From a virus: 64,000 nucleotides of DNA. Both the position numbers and the translations under genes were made by a program. The DNA is taken from positions 4,217 through 68,216 of the IMG/VR virus record IMGVR_UViG_3300028573_000017. One strand, 5' to 3'. Of this stretch, positions 46,926 to 55,818 are shown piece after piece (within the stretch, counting starts at the first letter, position 1; each line of letters starts with the position of its first letter). The notes under the pieces are model-generated. The model did no database searches, was not told where the DNA came from, and saw only the letters and a list, made by a program, of their open reading frames with translations.

Positions 46926-48715
46926 TTGGTCTGCCCACTAAACGCTGCGGTTGCGGAGTCCGTCTTGGTGAATGGCGTGGTCGATGCACTGAAGGCTACC
47001 GAGATGCCCGTCGCCATGACCAGCGGCGGCATGAAGTTCAACCCACAGGTCCCGTTTATGGCTACGTAGCAGAACGCCACCGGCGTCACCGCCCCTGCTG
47101 CCGGTACGGTCGTAGAGTTGAACACTTCGAGAAACCCGGCAACGGTCGTCGCCTGAACCTCAACGCCGTAAAGATTGCCCGCCGACGCCTTGAGGACATG
47201 TCCCGTTTCGAGTGCAGAGGAGACGACCGGCGCCATGCCCGCAGCAGCGCCCGCCGTCGGCGCGATCTCGACGCCATTGGTGGTCACATCCGTCGTCTGG
47301 TCGATGCCGACCTTGCCAACAATCTGCGAACCAGCCCCCAGTGCAACGGTCGCGCCGGTACCGCCGTCGAGAGACACGGAAAGCTGGTTCGATGCGTTGA
47401 CGTTCGCCCCGCGAGCATTGCCGGCCGCGTCACGGATGATCTGGTAGGTGCCAAGCGTCGTGCCCGGCACACGGTCCCAGGTCGTGCCGTTATAGGCGTA
47501 GTTGCGGCCGGTGGTAGAGACCGCGCCGGTCGGTGTATTTGATGCACCGTCCGCCAGTGCCGATCCGGTGTTGATCGCGACAGCCGTGTTGTTGTCGGCC
47601 GCGTACAGGTTGACGAGCAGGCCGCCGCGGGACCCGACCTGCAAGCCGCCCTGCTGGCCGTTGGTGAGCGTCTCCAGCGTGGAGTTGTACTGCGCACCGA
47701 GCATCAAGCCCTTGGTCGCGGTCGCCGTATTCGGCGTGATCGGCGTCTGCTCCGCTACCAGGTCGACCATCGACCCCGAGGCAAGCGAACCGGACGCATA
47801 CGCCCCGGAGGCCGCGGTCACCGCGCTCTGCGTGGCGAACGTACCAGTGCCGACCACGGTCGCGTTTAGATTGGATGCCGTGGCCTGCGACACCTGCACC
47901 GGGGTCATCGACGCGATGCCCTGGATGGTCGCTACGCCGGTGGCCGCCGATCCGGCCGTCCCACCACCAGCCACGATCCACGGCGACGTGCTTTGCGTGA
48001 CGGCGACCGTGCCGGAGACCGGGAACGTGCCGCCGGTGCCCGTCACCAGCATCGCCGTGCCGTTCGCGCCGGTGTTGGCGACGCTCACCTGAAGCGGCGC
48101 CGCTGCGGTGCCGACCTCGGTGCCGGACGCATTCCGGAGATTCGTGAAGATCGCCCGGTTGGCGGTCATCTGGAACCAGCCGCCCTGACCGTTCGTCAGC
48201 GCATTGGCTGTCGGCGTGGTCTGGTAGAAGCCTCCCGACGGCGTGTAGGGCGTGGCGCCGGCGACAAATGCCGCCTCGTCCACCGCGCTCGTGCCCGTGC
48301 TTCCCCCACCGCCGCCGGTGTTTCCGGCCGGGTTGGCGATCACGGCGACCTTCTGGCCGGGGATCACGCCGAAGGTGACGGGAACGCCCTGCTGAAGAAG
48401 ATAGTTCGAGGTGGTCGCGGTCGGGGTGGCGCCGAACGAAATCGAGCAGCCTTCGTCGCAGATCAGCGAAACCGCGTGGGTCTTGGAGTTGAAGGCCGCC
48501 GAGGCGGCGGACGCGCCGCTGACCGCTATCGCCTGATCGGCGACGGACGGCTGCGGCGGTATCTGCGGCTGGGTCGAACCGACCAGCGACAGGCCATTCT
48601 GGAACTCGCTGATGTAGAGCGTGGCGGCGTCGGCGGCTTCCGTCGCGATGACGATGCCGGCGACGGCGGCAAGCGCCGCGGCCGCCCATCTCCGCAGGCT
48701 TCCCGGGCGGCCCAT
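46922..48715 (-). CDS. Beta-strand repeat fibre-like protein with signal peptide
   Basis: RRWAAAALAAVAGIVIATEAADA-ATLYISEF; Thr/Gly/Ala repeats. Confidence 0.7.
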   Translation of the reverse strand: MGRPGSLRRWAAAALAAVAGIVIATEAADAATLYISEFQNGLSLVGSTQPQIPPQPSVADQAIAVSGASAASAAFNSKTHAVSLICDEGCSISFGATPTATTSNYLLQQGVPVTFGVIPGQKVAVIANPAGNTGGGGGSTGTSAVDEAAFVAGATPYTPSGGFYQTTPTANALTNGQGGWFQMTANRAIFTNLRNASGTEVGTAAAPLQVSVANTGANGTAMLVTGTGGTFPVSGTVAVTQSTSPWIVAGGGTAGSAATGVATIQGIASMTPVQVSQATASNLNATVVGTGTFATQSAVTAASGAYASGSLASGSMVDLVAEQTPITPNTATATKGLMLGAQYNSTLETLTNGQQGGLQVGSRGGLLVNLYAADNNTAVAINTGSALADGASNTPTGAVSTTGRNYAYNGTTWDRVPGTTLGTYQIIRDAAGNARGANVNASNQLSVSLDGGTGATVALGAGSQIVGKVGIDQTTDVTTNGVEIAPTAGAAAGMAPVVSSALETGHVLKASAGNLYGVEVQATTVAGFLEVFNSTTVPAAGAVTPVAFCYVAINGTCGLNFMPPLVMATGISVAFSASTTPFTKTDSATAAFSGQTK

Positions 48716-48719
48716 CGGA

Positions 48720-49559
48720 CTACAGCGCTCGAGGAGAAGAACTGCCGCGAACAGCGGGCGGGTGGATGGTGCCGAGCACCGGGATCTTGGTTGCCCGGGG
48801 ATCATCGACGCTGGTGATCTCCTCGGCGACCAGCCGCGAGCGGCCGTTGCCGACGTCGGCGATCGCTTCGCCGTTGGCCATAATCGGGTCGGCCTCCATG
48901 ACCATGCCGTGCGAGCGCGCGGTGACGGTCGCGGCCGTAATCACGGCGCCGTTGTTGGTCATCCAGAACGGCTTGGCGCCGAGGGCGTCCGGCGCGATCT
49001 GGCCGTTGACGAGATTGTCGCCACCGCCGATCGAACCCATGAAGGCCGCGTAGATTTCCTGCGCCTTCGCGTTGACCGGCTCGAGGCCGAGGTTCGGCGC
49101 CGACAGGAACACGATATGGGTCGGCGTCACGGTGCCGCCCTGGCCGCGCTGGTACGGCTCGATCAGCTTGTCGCCGAGATAGACCTTGGAGCGGACCCGG
49201 TAGACCGGCCGCTCGGACTTCGGCAGTTCATGCACCTTGTCGAGCAGGGCGTGCATCTTCTTTTCGGACTTGCGCCGGGCTTCGAGGATCTCCGGAGCGA
49301 CGCGCTTCCGGTTGGTGCCCTGATCGGCCATCTCGGCGTTCGACGACGCGATGGCGCGGGCAAGGCGCTCGATCTCGCTCTGCTCGGCCGGAATAGCCTT
49401 TGCGCCGCTCTCGGCCATGAGAGCGCGCACGTCGGCGAGGATCGCATCGTGGATTTCCGCAGTCGCCTTGGCGAGCGCCATCTGAAACTCCGGCGTCTCG
49501 CTGATATCCACTGCCGGCGTCTCGTCCGCCGGCGCGGTGCTGATCGGTTCTTTGGCCAT
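48720..49559 (-). CDS. Hypothetical protein of the head module
   Basis: ORF with host-like codon usage directly downstream of the cement gene. Confidence 0.65.
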   Translation of the reverse strand: MAKEPISTAPADETPAVDISETPEFQMALAKATAEIHDAILADVRALMAESGAKAIPAEQSEIERLARAIASSNAEMADQGTNRKRVAPEILEARRKSEKKMHALLDKVHELPKSERPVYRVRSKVYLGDKLIEPYQRGQGGTVTPTHIVFLSAPNLGLEPVNAKAQEIYAAFMGSIGGGDNLVNGQIAPDALGAKPFWMTNNGAVITAATVTARSHGMVMEADPIMANGEAIADVGNGRSRLVAEEITSVDDPRATKIPVLGTIHPPAVRGSSSPRAL

Positions 49560-49598
49560 GTGCGCCTGACTGTTCCCGGGTTACGCGAAGGCGGTCAA

Positions 49599-50159
49599 CT
49601 AGACCGCCCCGACGGAGAAGTTCTTGGCAGCGTTGCCTTCGCTGTACCAGTCGTCCCGGACGTTGGTGACGATGGCGTTGGCGATCGTGCCGGCGCTGAA
49701 GCTGCCGCCCGCGGACGGGGCGAACAGAAGCCGCAGGAAGCGCGGGCGGAGCGTCACCGGGAACACCGGCGGCCAGTCGAAGCGGGCGCAGATGGCGTTG
49801 GCGGCGAGCTGGGCCGCCGTCATCGCGCCGGTCTCGATCAAGGTCTGCCAGGTTCCGGGCTGGTAGTTGCCGGCGGCGCCCTGATCGGGAGCGGCTTGGA
49901 AGGCCACGTTCAGCGTCGACCCGCCGACCGCAACCAACCCGGTGCCGATGGCGACGCGGACCTGCAGCTTATGGTCGCCAATACCCGTATCGGCGCCAAA
50001 CGTGCTCACCGTGCCGATGATGCGCTCGTCGGGAGCGACACCCACGCCAAGGCCGAGCAGGTCGATGACCCCCGGCGACGGGATGGAGACACCGGCGCCG
50101 GCCACCAGCGAGAGCGGGCTGCCCTGCGCGACAAACCCGAGCAGACTGTCAAGCAACAT
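49599..50159 (-). CDS. Capsid cement protein (BPP-1 Bbp16-like)
   Basis: MLLD..L.F; IDL; RFLRL..F.AG.I; directly follows the capsid gene. Confidence 0.8.
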   Translation of the reverse strand: MLLDSLLGFVAQGSPLSLVAGAGVSIPSPGVIDLLGLGVGVAPDERIIGTVSTFGADTGIGDHKLQVRVAIGTGLVAVGGSTLNVAFQAAPDQGAAGNYQPGTWQTLIETGAMTAAQLAANAICARFDWPPVFPVTLRPRFLRLLFAPSAGGSFSAGTIANAIVTNVRDDWYSEGNAAKNFSVGAV

Positions 50160-50198
50160 GGGAAAATTCCTTCTTTCGGTGTCCTCGGGGCGGCCCGC

Positions 50199-51242
50199 TT
50201 ACGAGACCAGGGTCTCGGTGTTGAGGAGCTGGTCGACGATCTTGATCGGGATGCCACGCCAGGCCGTGATCGGCTTGCCGGCGTAGTCGTTGAGCGTGAG
50301 CAGGACGTTGCGGTCGCGCATCGCCTGGATGTCCATCCACTGCCGGACCGTGCGGTTGCAGTAGAAGATGCCGCGGACAGTCACGTCTTCGCGCGGCGCG
50401 TCGGTGCGTGTGATGCCGCTGGTCGGCGGCGTGAACTTCGGGAACAGCATAACCTGGTGGGCCATGATGGTGAACAGGTCCGGCGGGGTCGGGCCCGCGA
50501 GGCCGGCCGTGGTCGTGTCGAGGTTGGCGACGCGCGAGGCATACCGCCAATCCATCGGGCAGAGGCCGATCTGCTGGCGGAACCACGAGGTATACGCCTC
50601 GAAGCGGTTGCCGAGGTTGTCGTAGCCGGGAACGATGTCGCCCTTGTCCTCCATGGCGAGGCCCGCCTTGGAGCCGCGCGGGTAGAGGCCGAAGATGGTC
50701 TTGGTGCCCCAGCCGACCAGCCAGAGCGAGGCGTTGTTGTTGCCGAGGCCGCCACCGTTGACGACGTTGGCCGCATTCTGGGCGGTGGCCGTGTTGACCG
50801 TGTTGTAGAAGGCCGAGAGGCCCATGAATTCCGACGGCGTGGCGACCGTGTTACCGTAGAACATGGTCTGCGCGATCGTCTGGCTCATGCCCTCGAGGAA
50901 GGCCACGTCTTCCGACTCGCGGAAGCCCATGAGGTCGCCGGAGTGCTCGGCGAGAGCGCGGTCGACCTGGCTGTAGTCCTCCAGCATGCCGAGGCCGACG
51001 CGCGCCTTGGCGGTGGTCGACTTGCTGTAGGGAACGCCCTGATTGTACTGGCGCCAGGTGCCGGCCGGGATCGAGGTGCGGAAGATGAACTCGTGGCCGG
51101 TCATCTCGTTTGCCTCGACCATCGGCATGTCTTCCGCATAGTCGTTCGACTGCGAAAGCATCTCAGCGATGTCGCCGATGTTCCCGTCGGGGTCCATGCG
51201 GGTCGCAACATCCAAGATAGTGGGCCAGCTACCGGTCGCCAT
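50199..51242 (-). CDS. Major capsid protein (Bbp17/epsilon15 gp7-like)
   Basis: I.EMLSQ.N...DMP..E.N; RT.IP...WR..NQGV; FYGN..P.EF.GL; GIPI..VDQLLNTE. Confidence 0.92.
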   Translation of the reverse strand: MATGSWPTILDVATRMDPDGNIGDIAEMLSQSNDYAEDMPMVEANEMTGHEFIFRTSIPAGTWRQYNQGVPYSKSTTAKARVGLGMLEDYSQVDRALAEHSGDLMGFRESEDVAFLEGMSQTIAQTMFYGNTVATPSEFMGLSAFYNTVNTATAQNAANVVNGGGLGNNNASLWLVGWGTKTIFGLYPRGSKAGLAMEDKGDIVPGYDNLGNRFEAYTSWFRQQIGLCPMDWRYASRVANLDTTTAGLAGPTPPDLFTIMAHQVMLFPKFTPPTSGITRTDAPREDVTVRGIFYCNRTVRQWMDIQAMRDRNVLLTLNDYAGKPITAWRGIPIKIVDQLLNTETLVS

Positions 51243-51254
51243 CGCTCAATCTCC

Positions 51255-52190
51255 TCAGCGTTGCGCGTCTGTCATTGACGGATACATTCTCGCCTTGCGG
51301 CTCTCGCCGGCGGGTCGACCTGGGCCGGATGACGGCGGCCGCGGATTGTCCGGCGGCAGCGCGGGTTCATCGAAGTAACGGCCGAAATTGTGCAGCATGC
51401 GCAGGAATGCCGGATGGTCGCCGGCGCCGGTGACGGCGAGGAACTCGTCGAATTCCTTCTTGTGCGCGGTGTAGGCTTCCGTGCCCGGCTTGTCGGACGA
51501 CAAAGCGAGGTCGCGCATGCGAGCGATCGTGCCCATGGCGGTCTGGTGACCGGCGCCGCCGAGAATCGGATCGGCCTTGACGCGGGTCACCCAATTCTTG
51601 CGCGTGTCGTTGAAGGTGTCCCACTGCTCCTTGCGGAGCCCTTCGGCGTACTGGCTCATCGTCTGCGCATGCAGGTCGAAGAGCTTCTGGACGCCCTCGC
51701 TGGTCTTGCCGCTGCGGAGAAGGTCGAGCGCGCCCGTGACGTCCTTCCGCTCGTTGTCGGCGAGCGCAATCGTCTCCGGGATCTTCACGTCCTTGAAATA
51801 ATCGACCGCGACCGGCTCAACGACGGGCGCTGCCTCTACGGGCTTCGCCGCATCCGGGATTTTTCCCGTTTCTTCCGGCTTTTTTCCGGAATCATCGGGT
51901 TTTGCCACATCCGCCGGCTTTTCGGCCGGTTTCTCGGCGGGTTTGGATTCTTCCGCCTTTTTCGCGTCAAACTGCTCCAGGAGCGTCGGTTCGCGTGCGG
52001 GCTCTTCCGGCTTTGCGGGAGGTTCCGCGCCAGCCGCCGAGGGAGGTAGTTCAGCGGCTGGCGCAGTGGTCGCAGCGGCCAGGTCCGCCTGAACAGGCGC
52101 CGCGATCTCGGGAGATGGTGCTGGTGCTGACGCGGGAGTCGCAGCCGGAGCGGGCTGCTCTACAACCGGATCGTTGGGGCCAGCGGCCAA
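51255..52190 (-). CDS. Scaffolding protein
   Basis: Pro/Ala/Glu-rich N-terminus; W....KADP.LGG; TG.GDHP..R; precedes the capsid gene. Confidence 0.8.
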   Translation of the reverse strand: MAAGPNDPVVEQPAPAATPASAPAPSPEIAAPVQADLAAATTAPAAELPPSAAGAEPPAKPEEPAREPTLLEQFDAKKAEESKPAEKPAEKPADVAKPDDSGKKPEETGKIPDAAKPVEAAPVVEPVAVDYFKDVKIPETIALADNERKDVTGALDLLRSGKTSEGVQKLFDLHAQTMSQYAEGLRKEQWDTFNDTRKNWVTRVKADPILGGAGHQTAMGTIARMRDLALSSDKPGTEAYTAHKKEFDEFLAVTGAGDHPAFLRMLHNFGRYFDEPALPPDNPRPPSSGPGRPAGESRKARMYPSMTDAQR

Positions 52191-52296
52191 TTGCCAGTCT
52201 CATTCGCGTGGCGTCGGCGGACTGACGCGATTGAGGTGTTCGGATGATTACCACAGTTTCTTTGAAAGTACAGCGCGTCTATAATCGGGTAGTGCG

Positions 52297-52569
52297 TCAG
52301 TTTGAATTTCTGCCGAACAATGATTGCATCCATGACGGCGGCTCGTAGCAGTCCGGTTGGTCCGCGATTGGGCTTGGGCACGTAAGCTTGTAGCCACGGG
52401 CAGTCATGCAATCAGAAATGAACGTTTCCACGGGCTGGAGTCCGAGCCTGATGTCTTCAGCGGGAAAATGCTCATAGGCCTTGATCTTGCACTGCGCGAT
52501 CTCCTGCGCTGGCGGCTGGCCGCAAGCGGTAAGGAGAGCAATCGGCAGAAGGAAAAGAAGCGGTCTCAC
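52297..52569 (-). CDS. Passenger lipoprotein
   Basis: Lipobox LTAC; its stop codon lies inside the left IR. Confidence 0.7.
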   Translation of the reverse strand: MRPLLFLLPIALLTACGQPPAQEIAQCKIKAYEHFPAEDIRLGLQPVETFISDCMTARGYKLTCPSPIADQPDCYEPPSWMQSLFGRNSN

Positions 52570-53447
52570 GCCGCTTTGCGCTTCTTGTAGGTTGCCGGTC
52601 GCCCTGCCTTAGGCAACGTCGCCTCAACCATCTCGGCAATCTCCCGCATGTCGATTAGGTGATCGGTCAAGCCAGCGGCCATCGCCGGGCTGACGCGAAG
52701 CGTCTTGTGAATGCGCGTCCAGTTGTACCAGACCGTGTAGAGCGCAACCATGTGGACGTGATGCTCGAATTTCTTGGAGAAGGCATTCGTGAGCCGAGTA
52801 AAGCGGCGCATGTGCATCCGCATCGTGAGATTCTGACGTTCGGCATAGGACGTGGAGACGTGCGCCATGTCGGGGTTGCCCTCGACGCGCTCTTTCTTCG
52901 CACCGATGCATTCTGCCGGGCTGTAGCGGCCCTTGGCGTTCTCCGGGACGGCGCCATAGAGCTTGATCAATTGCGCGTAGTCGATATCGGCACCGAACGC
53001 GCCCTCGACGGCTTCAAGGTATGCGCGATGGCCGTCAGAGGTTAGCTGGACACGGTTCGCGAGACGCGACCGCAGATCGTCCATGAACGCCATCGCGTAT
53101 TCGCCGTCGCGCCCACCGACAAGCCACGACACGATCAGCTTGGTATCGGCCTCGATTGCCGTCCACGTCCACGTATCGCCAGCCCATTCCGGCGCAGCTT
53201 TCGCGTTCGGGACATTGCGCTGCTTCGCGTAGGTGAAGCTCCAAATCTCATCGACCTGGACCCGACGCGCCTTCACATCGCGGACCTTCTCATCGTGGAA
53301 GGCCGCGCAAGCGCGACCGGCATCGATCAGGAGCTTCTTGACCGTGTTGAATGACACGTCCGCAACGCGGGCAATCGTCCGCATCGACGCGCCTTCGCAA
53401 AGGAGCGTGAGGATTTGGACGCGGGTTTCGAGGGGTAACTTGTTCAT
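52566..53447 (-). CDS. IS1-family DDE transposase (single ORF)
   Basis: N-terminal HTH; QVDEIWSF; LTSDG; STS..ERQNL.MR...RRF.RLT..FSKK. Confidence 0.93.
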   Translation of the reverse strand: MNKLPLETRVQILTLLCEGASMRTIARVADVSFNTVKKLLIDAGRACAAFHDEKVRDVKARRVQVDEIWSFTYAKQRNVPNAKAAPEWAGDTWTWTAIEADTKLIVSWLVGGRDGEYAMAFMDDLRSRLANRVQLTSDGHRAYLEAVEGAFGADIDYAQLIKLYGAVPENAKGRYSPAECIGAKKERVEGNPDMAHVSTSYAERQNLTMRMHMRRFTRLTNAFSKKFEHHVHMVALYTVWYNWTRIHKTLRVSPAMAAGLTDHLIDMREIAEMVEATLPKAGRPATYKKRKAA

Positions 53448-53552
53448 GTTTCTAATCTCTGCACTTTTGTGCGTAGCGTCAAGAACAAACTATCATTAAC
53501 AACTTGTTTGCGAATCCAATGGCCCTATGTCAGGTTAAAAAGGGGTACGAAA

Positions 53553-53732
53553 ATGAAACGTCCGCGATCGAAACCAGAGGCCAACGCGCCATCCGATCTG
53601 GAGGGCGCCTTGGAAAGCCTGGTCGCCAAAGAGAGCGATCACTACGCTGTCCTGACAATTATCAAAGAGATGGCGAAGCTTGAAAGCCCCAAGATACTCT
53701 ACACTGCGCTGCCCGCATACAACTCCGGGTGA
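53553..53732 (+). CDS. Small passenger protein upstream of the protease
   Basis: RBS AGGGG; ends 3 bp before the protease gene. Confidence 0.55.
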   Translation: MKRPRSKPEANAPSDLEGALESLVAKESDHYAVLTIIKEMAKLESPKILYTALPAYNSG

Positions 53733-53735
53733 TGG

Positions 53736-54659
53736 ATGCCTGCGTGGAATGAGCTTTTAGCTGAAACGCAAGTATCGGGCAGCGTACATGACGTAATCCG
53801 ACGTAAATACCTAATGCAATTATACGAATATACAAAGCGGCCGACGATCCTCTATTATTCTGGATGGCTGCAAAAGCAACATTTACAAAATCAACCTGGA
53901 GTTTCTCTAGGGATTTCGGATGCCGACAAGAATGGATTCATGTCGGTTATCCACAAGCTGGACCGGACCAACGGTCTAGACCTAATTTTGCACACTCCGG
54001 GCGGCGATATGGCCGCCACAGAGTCGCTTGTCGACTATCTGCGTTCCATGTTCGGCAACGATATTCGTGCCATCGTTCCGCAGCTCGCCATGTCGGGCGG
54101 GACCATCATCGCCTTGGCGTGTAAGCAAATAGTGATGGGAAAGGAGTCGAGCATCGGGCCGATTGATCCTCAATTCGGTTCAATGGCAGCTACCGGCCTC
54201 CTTCAGGAGTTTGAGCGGATACGCGCGGAAATCCAAAAAGACTCGTCTAACGCGCTGTTATGGGAACCGATCCTAAGAAAGATTCAGCCAGGCTTCATTA
54301 CCGAGTGTGAGAACGCTGTCCGCTGGGCGAGGGACATGGCAGAACGCTTTCTAAAAGAGAACATGTTCAGCAATGAGAAAAATGCAAAGAAGAAGATCGA
54401 CCCGATCATAAGACATCTAACGGAAAAGCAAACAACGATAACACACGGTCGTCACATTGGCCTAGATGAAGCTAAAGCACTATTCGGCGATAAAATAATA
54501 TTACTAGAGGACGATCAAACGTTCCAAGATTTGGTGCTTACCGTGCATCATGCGTCAGTGATAACTCTGCAAGCAACGCCCGCGTTCAAGATGATCGAGA
54601 ATCACAATGGACGCGCTTTCATGCAGATTCAGCAACAAATGCAGGTGATTGGTAGCTAG
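53736..54659 (+). CDS. SDH-family ClpP/crotonase-fold serine protease
   Basis: LDLILHTPGGD; IVPQLAMSGGT; IGPIDPQ; THGRHI. Confidence 0.88.
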   Translation: MPAWNELLAETQVSGSVHDVIRRKYLMQLYEYTKRPTILYYSGWLQKQHLQNQPGVSLGISDADKNGFMSVIHKLDRTNGLDLILHTPGGDMAATESLVDYLRSMFGNDIRAIVPQLAMSGGTIIALACKQIVMGKESSIGPIDPQFGSMAATGLLQEFERIRAEIQKDSSNALLWEPILRKIQPGFITECENAVRWARDMAERFLKENMFSNEKNAKKKIDPIIRHLTEKQTTITHGRHIGLDEAKALFGDKIILLEDDQTFQDLVLTVHHASVITLQATPAFKMIENHNGRAFMQIQQQMQVIGS

Positions 54660-54901
54660 CTTGTCTTTGTTCTGGCGGCCCAACGCTGCAGGGCGGCGTC
54701 TTTTGCAATCTCCGCCCGCCGCTTCTTAGACAGGCTTGCAGCCCGCGCCGCGCCTCCCTTGCGTCCTAGCGCCTGAGCGGCCTTGTCCTTCCCGTCATCG
54801 GGAACGGTGTCTTCAATCTCTCCCGTAGCAATCCGCATGACGTGGACGGCATTGCCAACCACGTCAGCGGGGCGCTTCTCGCCTTTAGGACCGCGCGGCA
54901 T
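54656..54901 (-). CDS. Small basic IS-associated protein
   Basis: MPRGPKGEKRPADV.GNAV.VMRIATGE..GRKGG.ARA..LS..RR.EIA..AA..RW. Confidence 0.8.
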   Translation of the reverse strand: MPRGPKGEKRPADVVGNAVHVMRIATGEIEDTVPDDGKDKAAQALGRKGGAARAASLSKKRRAEIAKDAALQRWAARTKTS

Positions 54902-55097
54902 TGGTTCTCTCGACCCTAGTGCGGACCGTCTTATCGAATATGTCGATTCGGTATTTGGCCGTTAGCGGCCATGCTTCTCCACGGGCATCATCTTCATCGA
55001 GGGCAAGGACGGTCTCGCGCACCAGCTCGACGCCATCCCTTTCAAGGACGACAACGAACGGCGATAGAAGATCGCTGTACGACCTGCGTCGGCGCAT
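54885..55097 (-). CDS. Passenger hypothetical protein
   Basis: ORF inside the IRs; RBS GGGAG. Confidence 0.5.
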   Translation of the reverse strand: MRRRRSYSDLLSPFVVVLERDGVELVRETVLALDEDDARGEAWPLTAKYRIDIFDKTVRTRVERTNAARS

Positions 55098-55198
55098 TGT
55101 GAACTCCCAAAGGCTCCCTGCTAAGCATATAGGAGCCAAAGGCGGCGATCGAGTGACCGTCAAGGCCGGCGGATTTCAAACTGACGCACTACCGAAGG

Positions 55199-55612
55199 TC
55201 ACGCATCGGTCTTTCTCCGTGTCGGCCGCGGTCTCGGCTTGAAGCGAGGATCGTTCTCGATGTGCATCATCTTGACGCCCTCGGGATCGATCGACTGCCA
55301 TTTGAGGTAGAGCTGTAGCCCGAAGTCCTGAAGGGCGCGGTGATACCACGCCGCCTCGGTGTAAGGCGAGCCGTTCGGGCTGACGGCGAAGTTGACGCTG
55401 AAGGCGTGCAGGTTGCCCTCGCCGAGCAGCGTCCACATCTCGCGGCGCCCGGCTTCGCTGGTGAAGACCATCCGCCAGAAATCTTCGGAGTCCTCGTTGG
55501 CGCGCTTCTGCTTGCGCTTTTGCGTGCGCAGTCCTTCCGGGCTGGCGGCATCGACGGTCGCGGTTTCGGCCGGCAGGATTTCCTCCGGCCCGTCTTCCGG
55601 CTCGTCGGCCAT
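55199..55612 (-). CDS. Bbp19-like protein
   Basis: W..VF.SEAGRR..W.LL; lies between portal and scaffold. Confidence 0.7.
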   Translation of the reverse strand: MADEPEDGPEEILPAETATVDAASPEGLRTQKRKQKRANEDSEDFWRMVFTSEAGRREMWTLLGEGNLHAFSVNFAVSPNGSPYTEAAWYHRALQDFGLQLYLKWQSIDPEGVKMMHIENDPRFKPRPRPTRRKTDA

Positions 55613-55818
55613 CAGAGCGGCTTGACCACGGTGAGGCCCTGCACGGTGCGGCGCCCGTACTGATCGTCGGAAAGATTGAAGCCGAAGATAAGGCCGTCCT
55701 TCTTCGCCCGGTCGATGACGGCGCATGCGGCGTTCAGGTGCGGCATGATCTCGGCGCGGTAGGCGTCGGCCTTCTGCTGGTCGGTGAAGGGCGGCGATTC
55801 GATCTTGTCGGCCATCAC
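55612..55818 (-). CDS. Hypothetical protein
   Basis: Coupled ORF. Confidence 0.55.
   Translation of the reverse strand: MMADKIESPPFTDQQKADAYRAEIMPHLNAACAVIDRAKKDGLIFGFNLSDDQYGRRTVQGLTVVKPL

Larger units (their letters stand above)
52288..55193. mobile_element. IS1-family (ISMhu11-like) element carrying passenger genes
   Basis: Perfect 19-bp terminal inverted repeats GGTAGTGCGTCAGTTTGAA at 52288-52306 and 55175-55193 enclose the transposase and five other ORFs. Confidence 0.88.

Noticed and set aside
40308-48715. Diversity-generating retroelement, as in BPP-1
   Set aside because: There is no reverse transcriptase ORF, and the duplicated Gly-rich regions differ at all base types rather than only at adenines.
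48621-51278. 885-aa + strand ORF and other long antisense ORFs (e.g. 59807-61507, 57289-58563)
   Set aside because: These are antisense shadows of high-GC3 genes with no recognisable motifs.
51840-51965. Short repeats (TTCCGG / CGGC..TTTC) in the scaffold gene
   Set aside because: They are explained by the coding KPAE/KPEE low-complexity linker.
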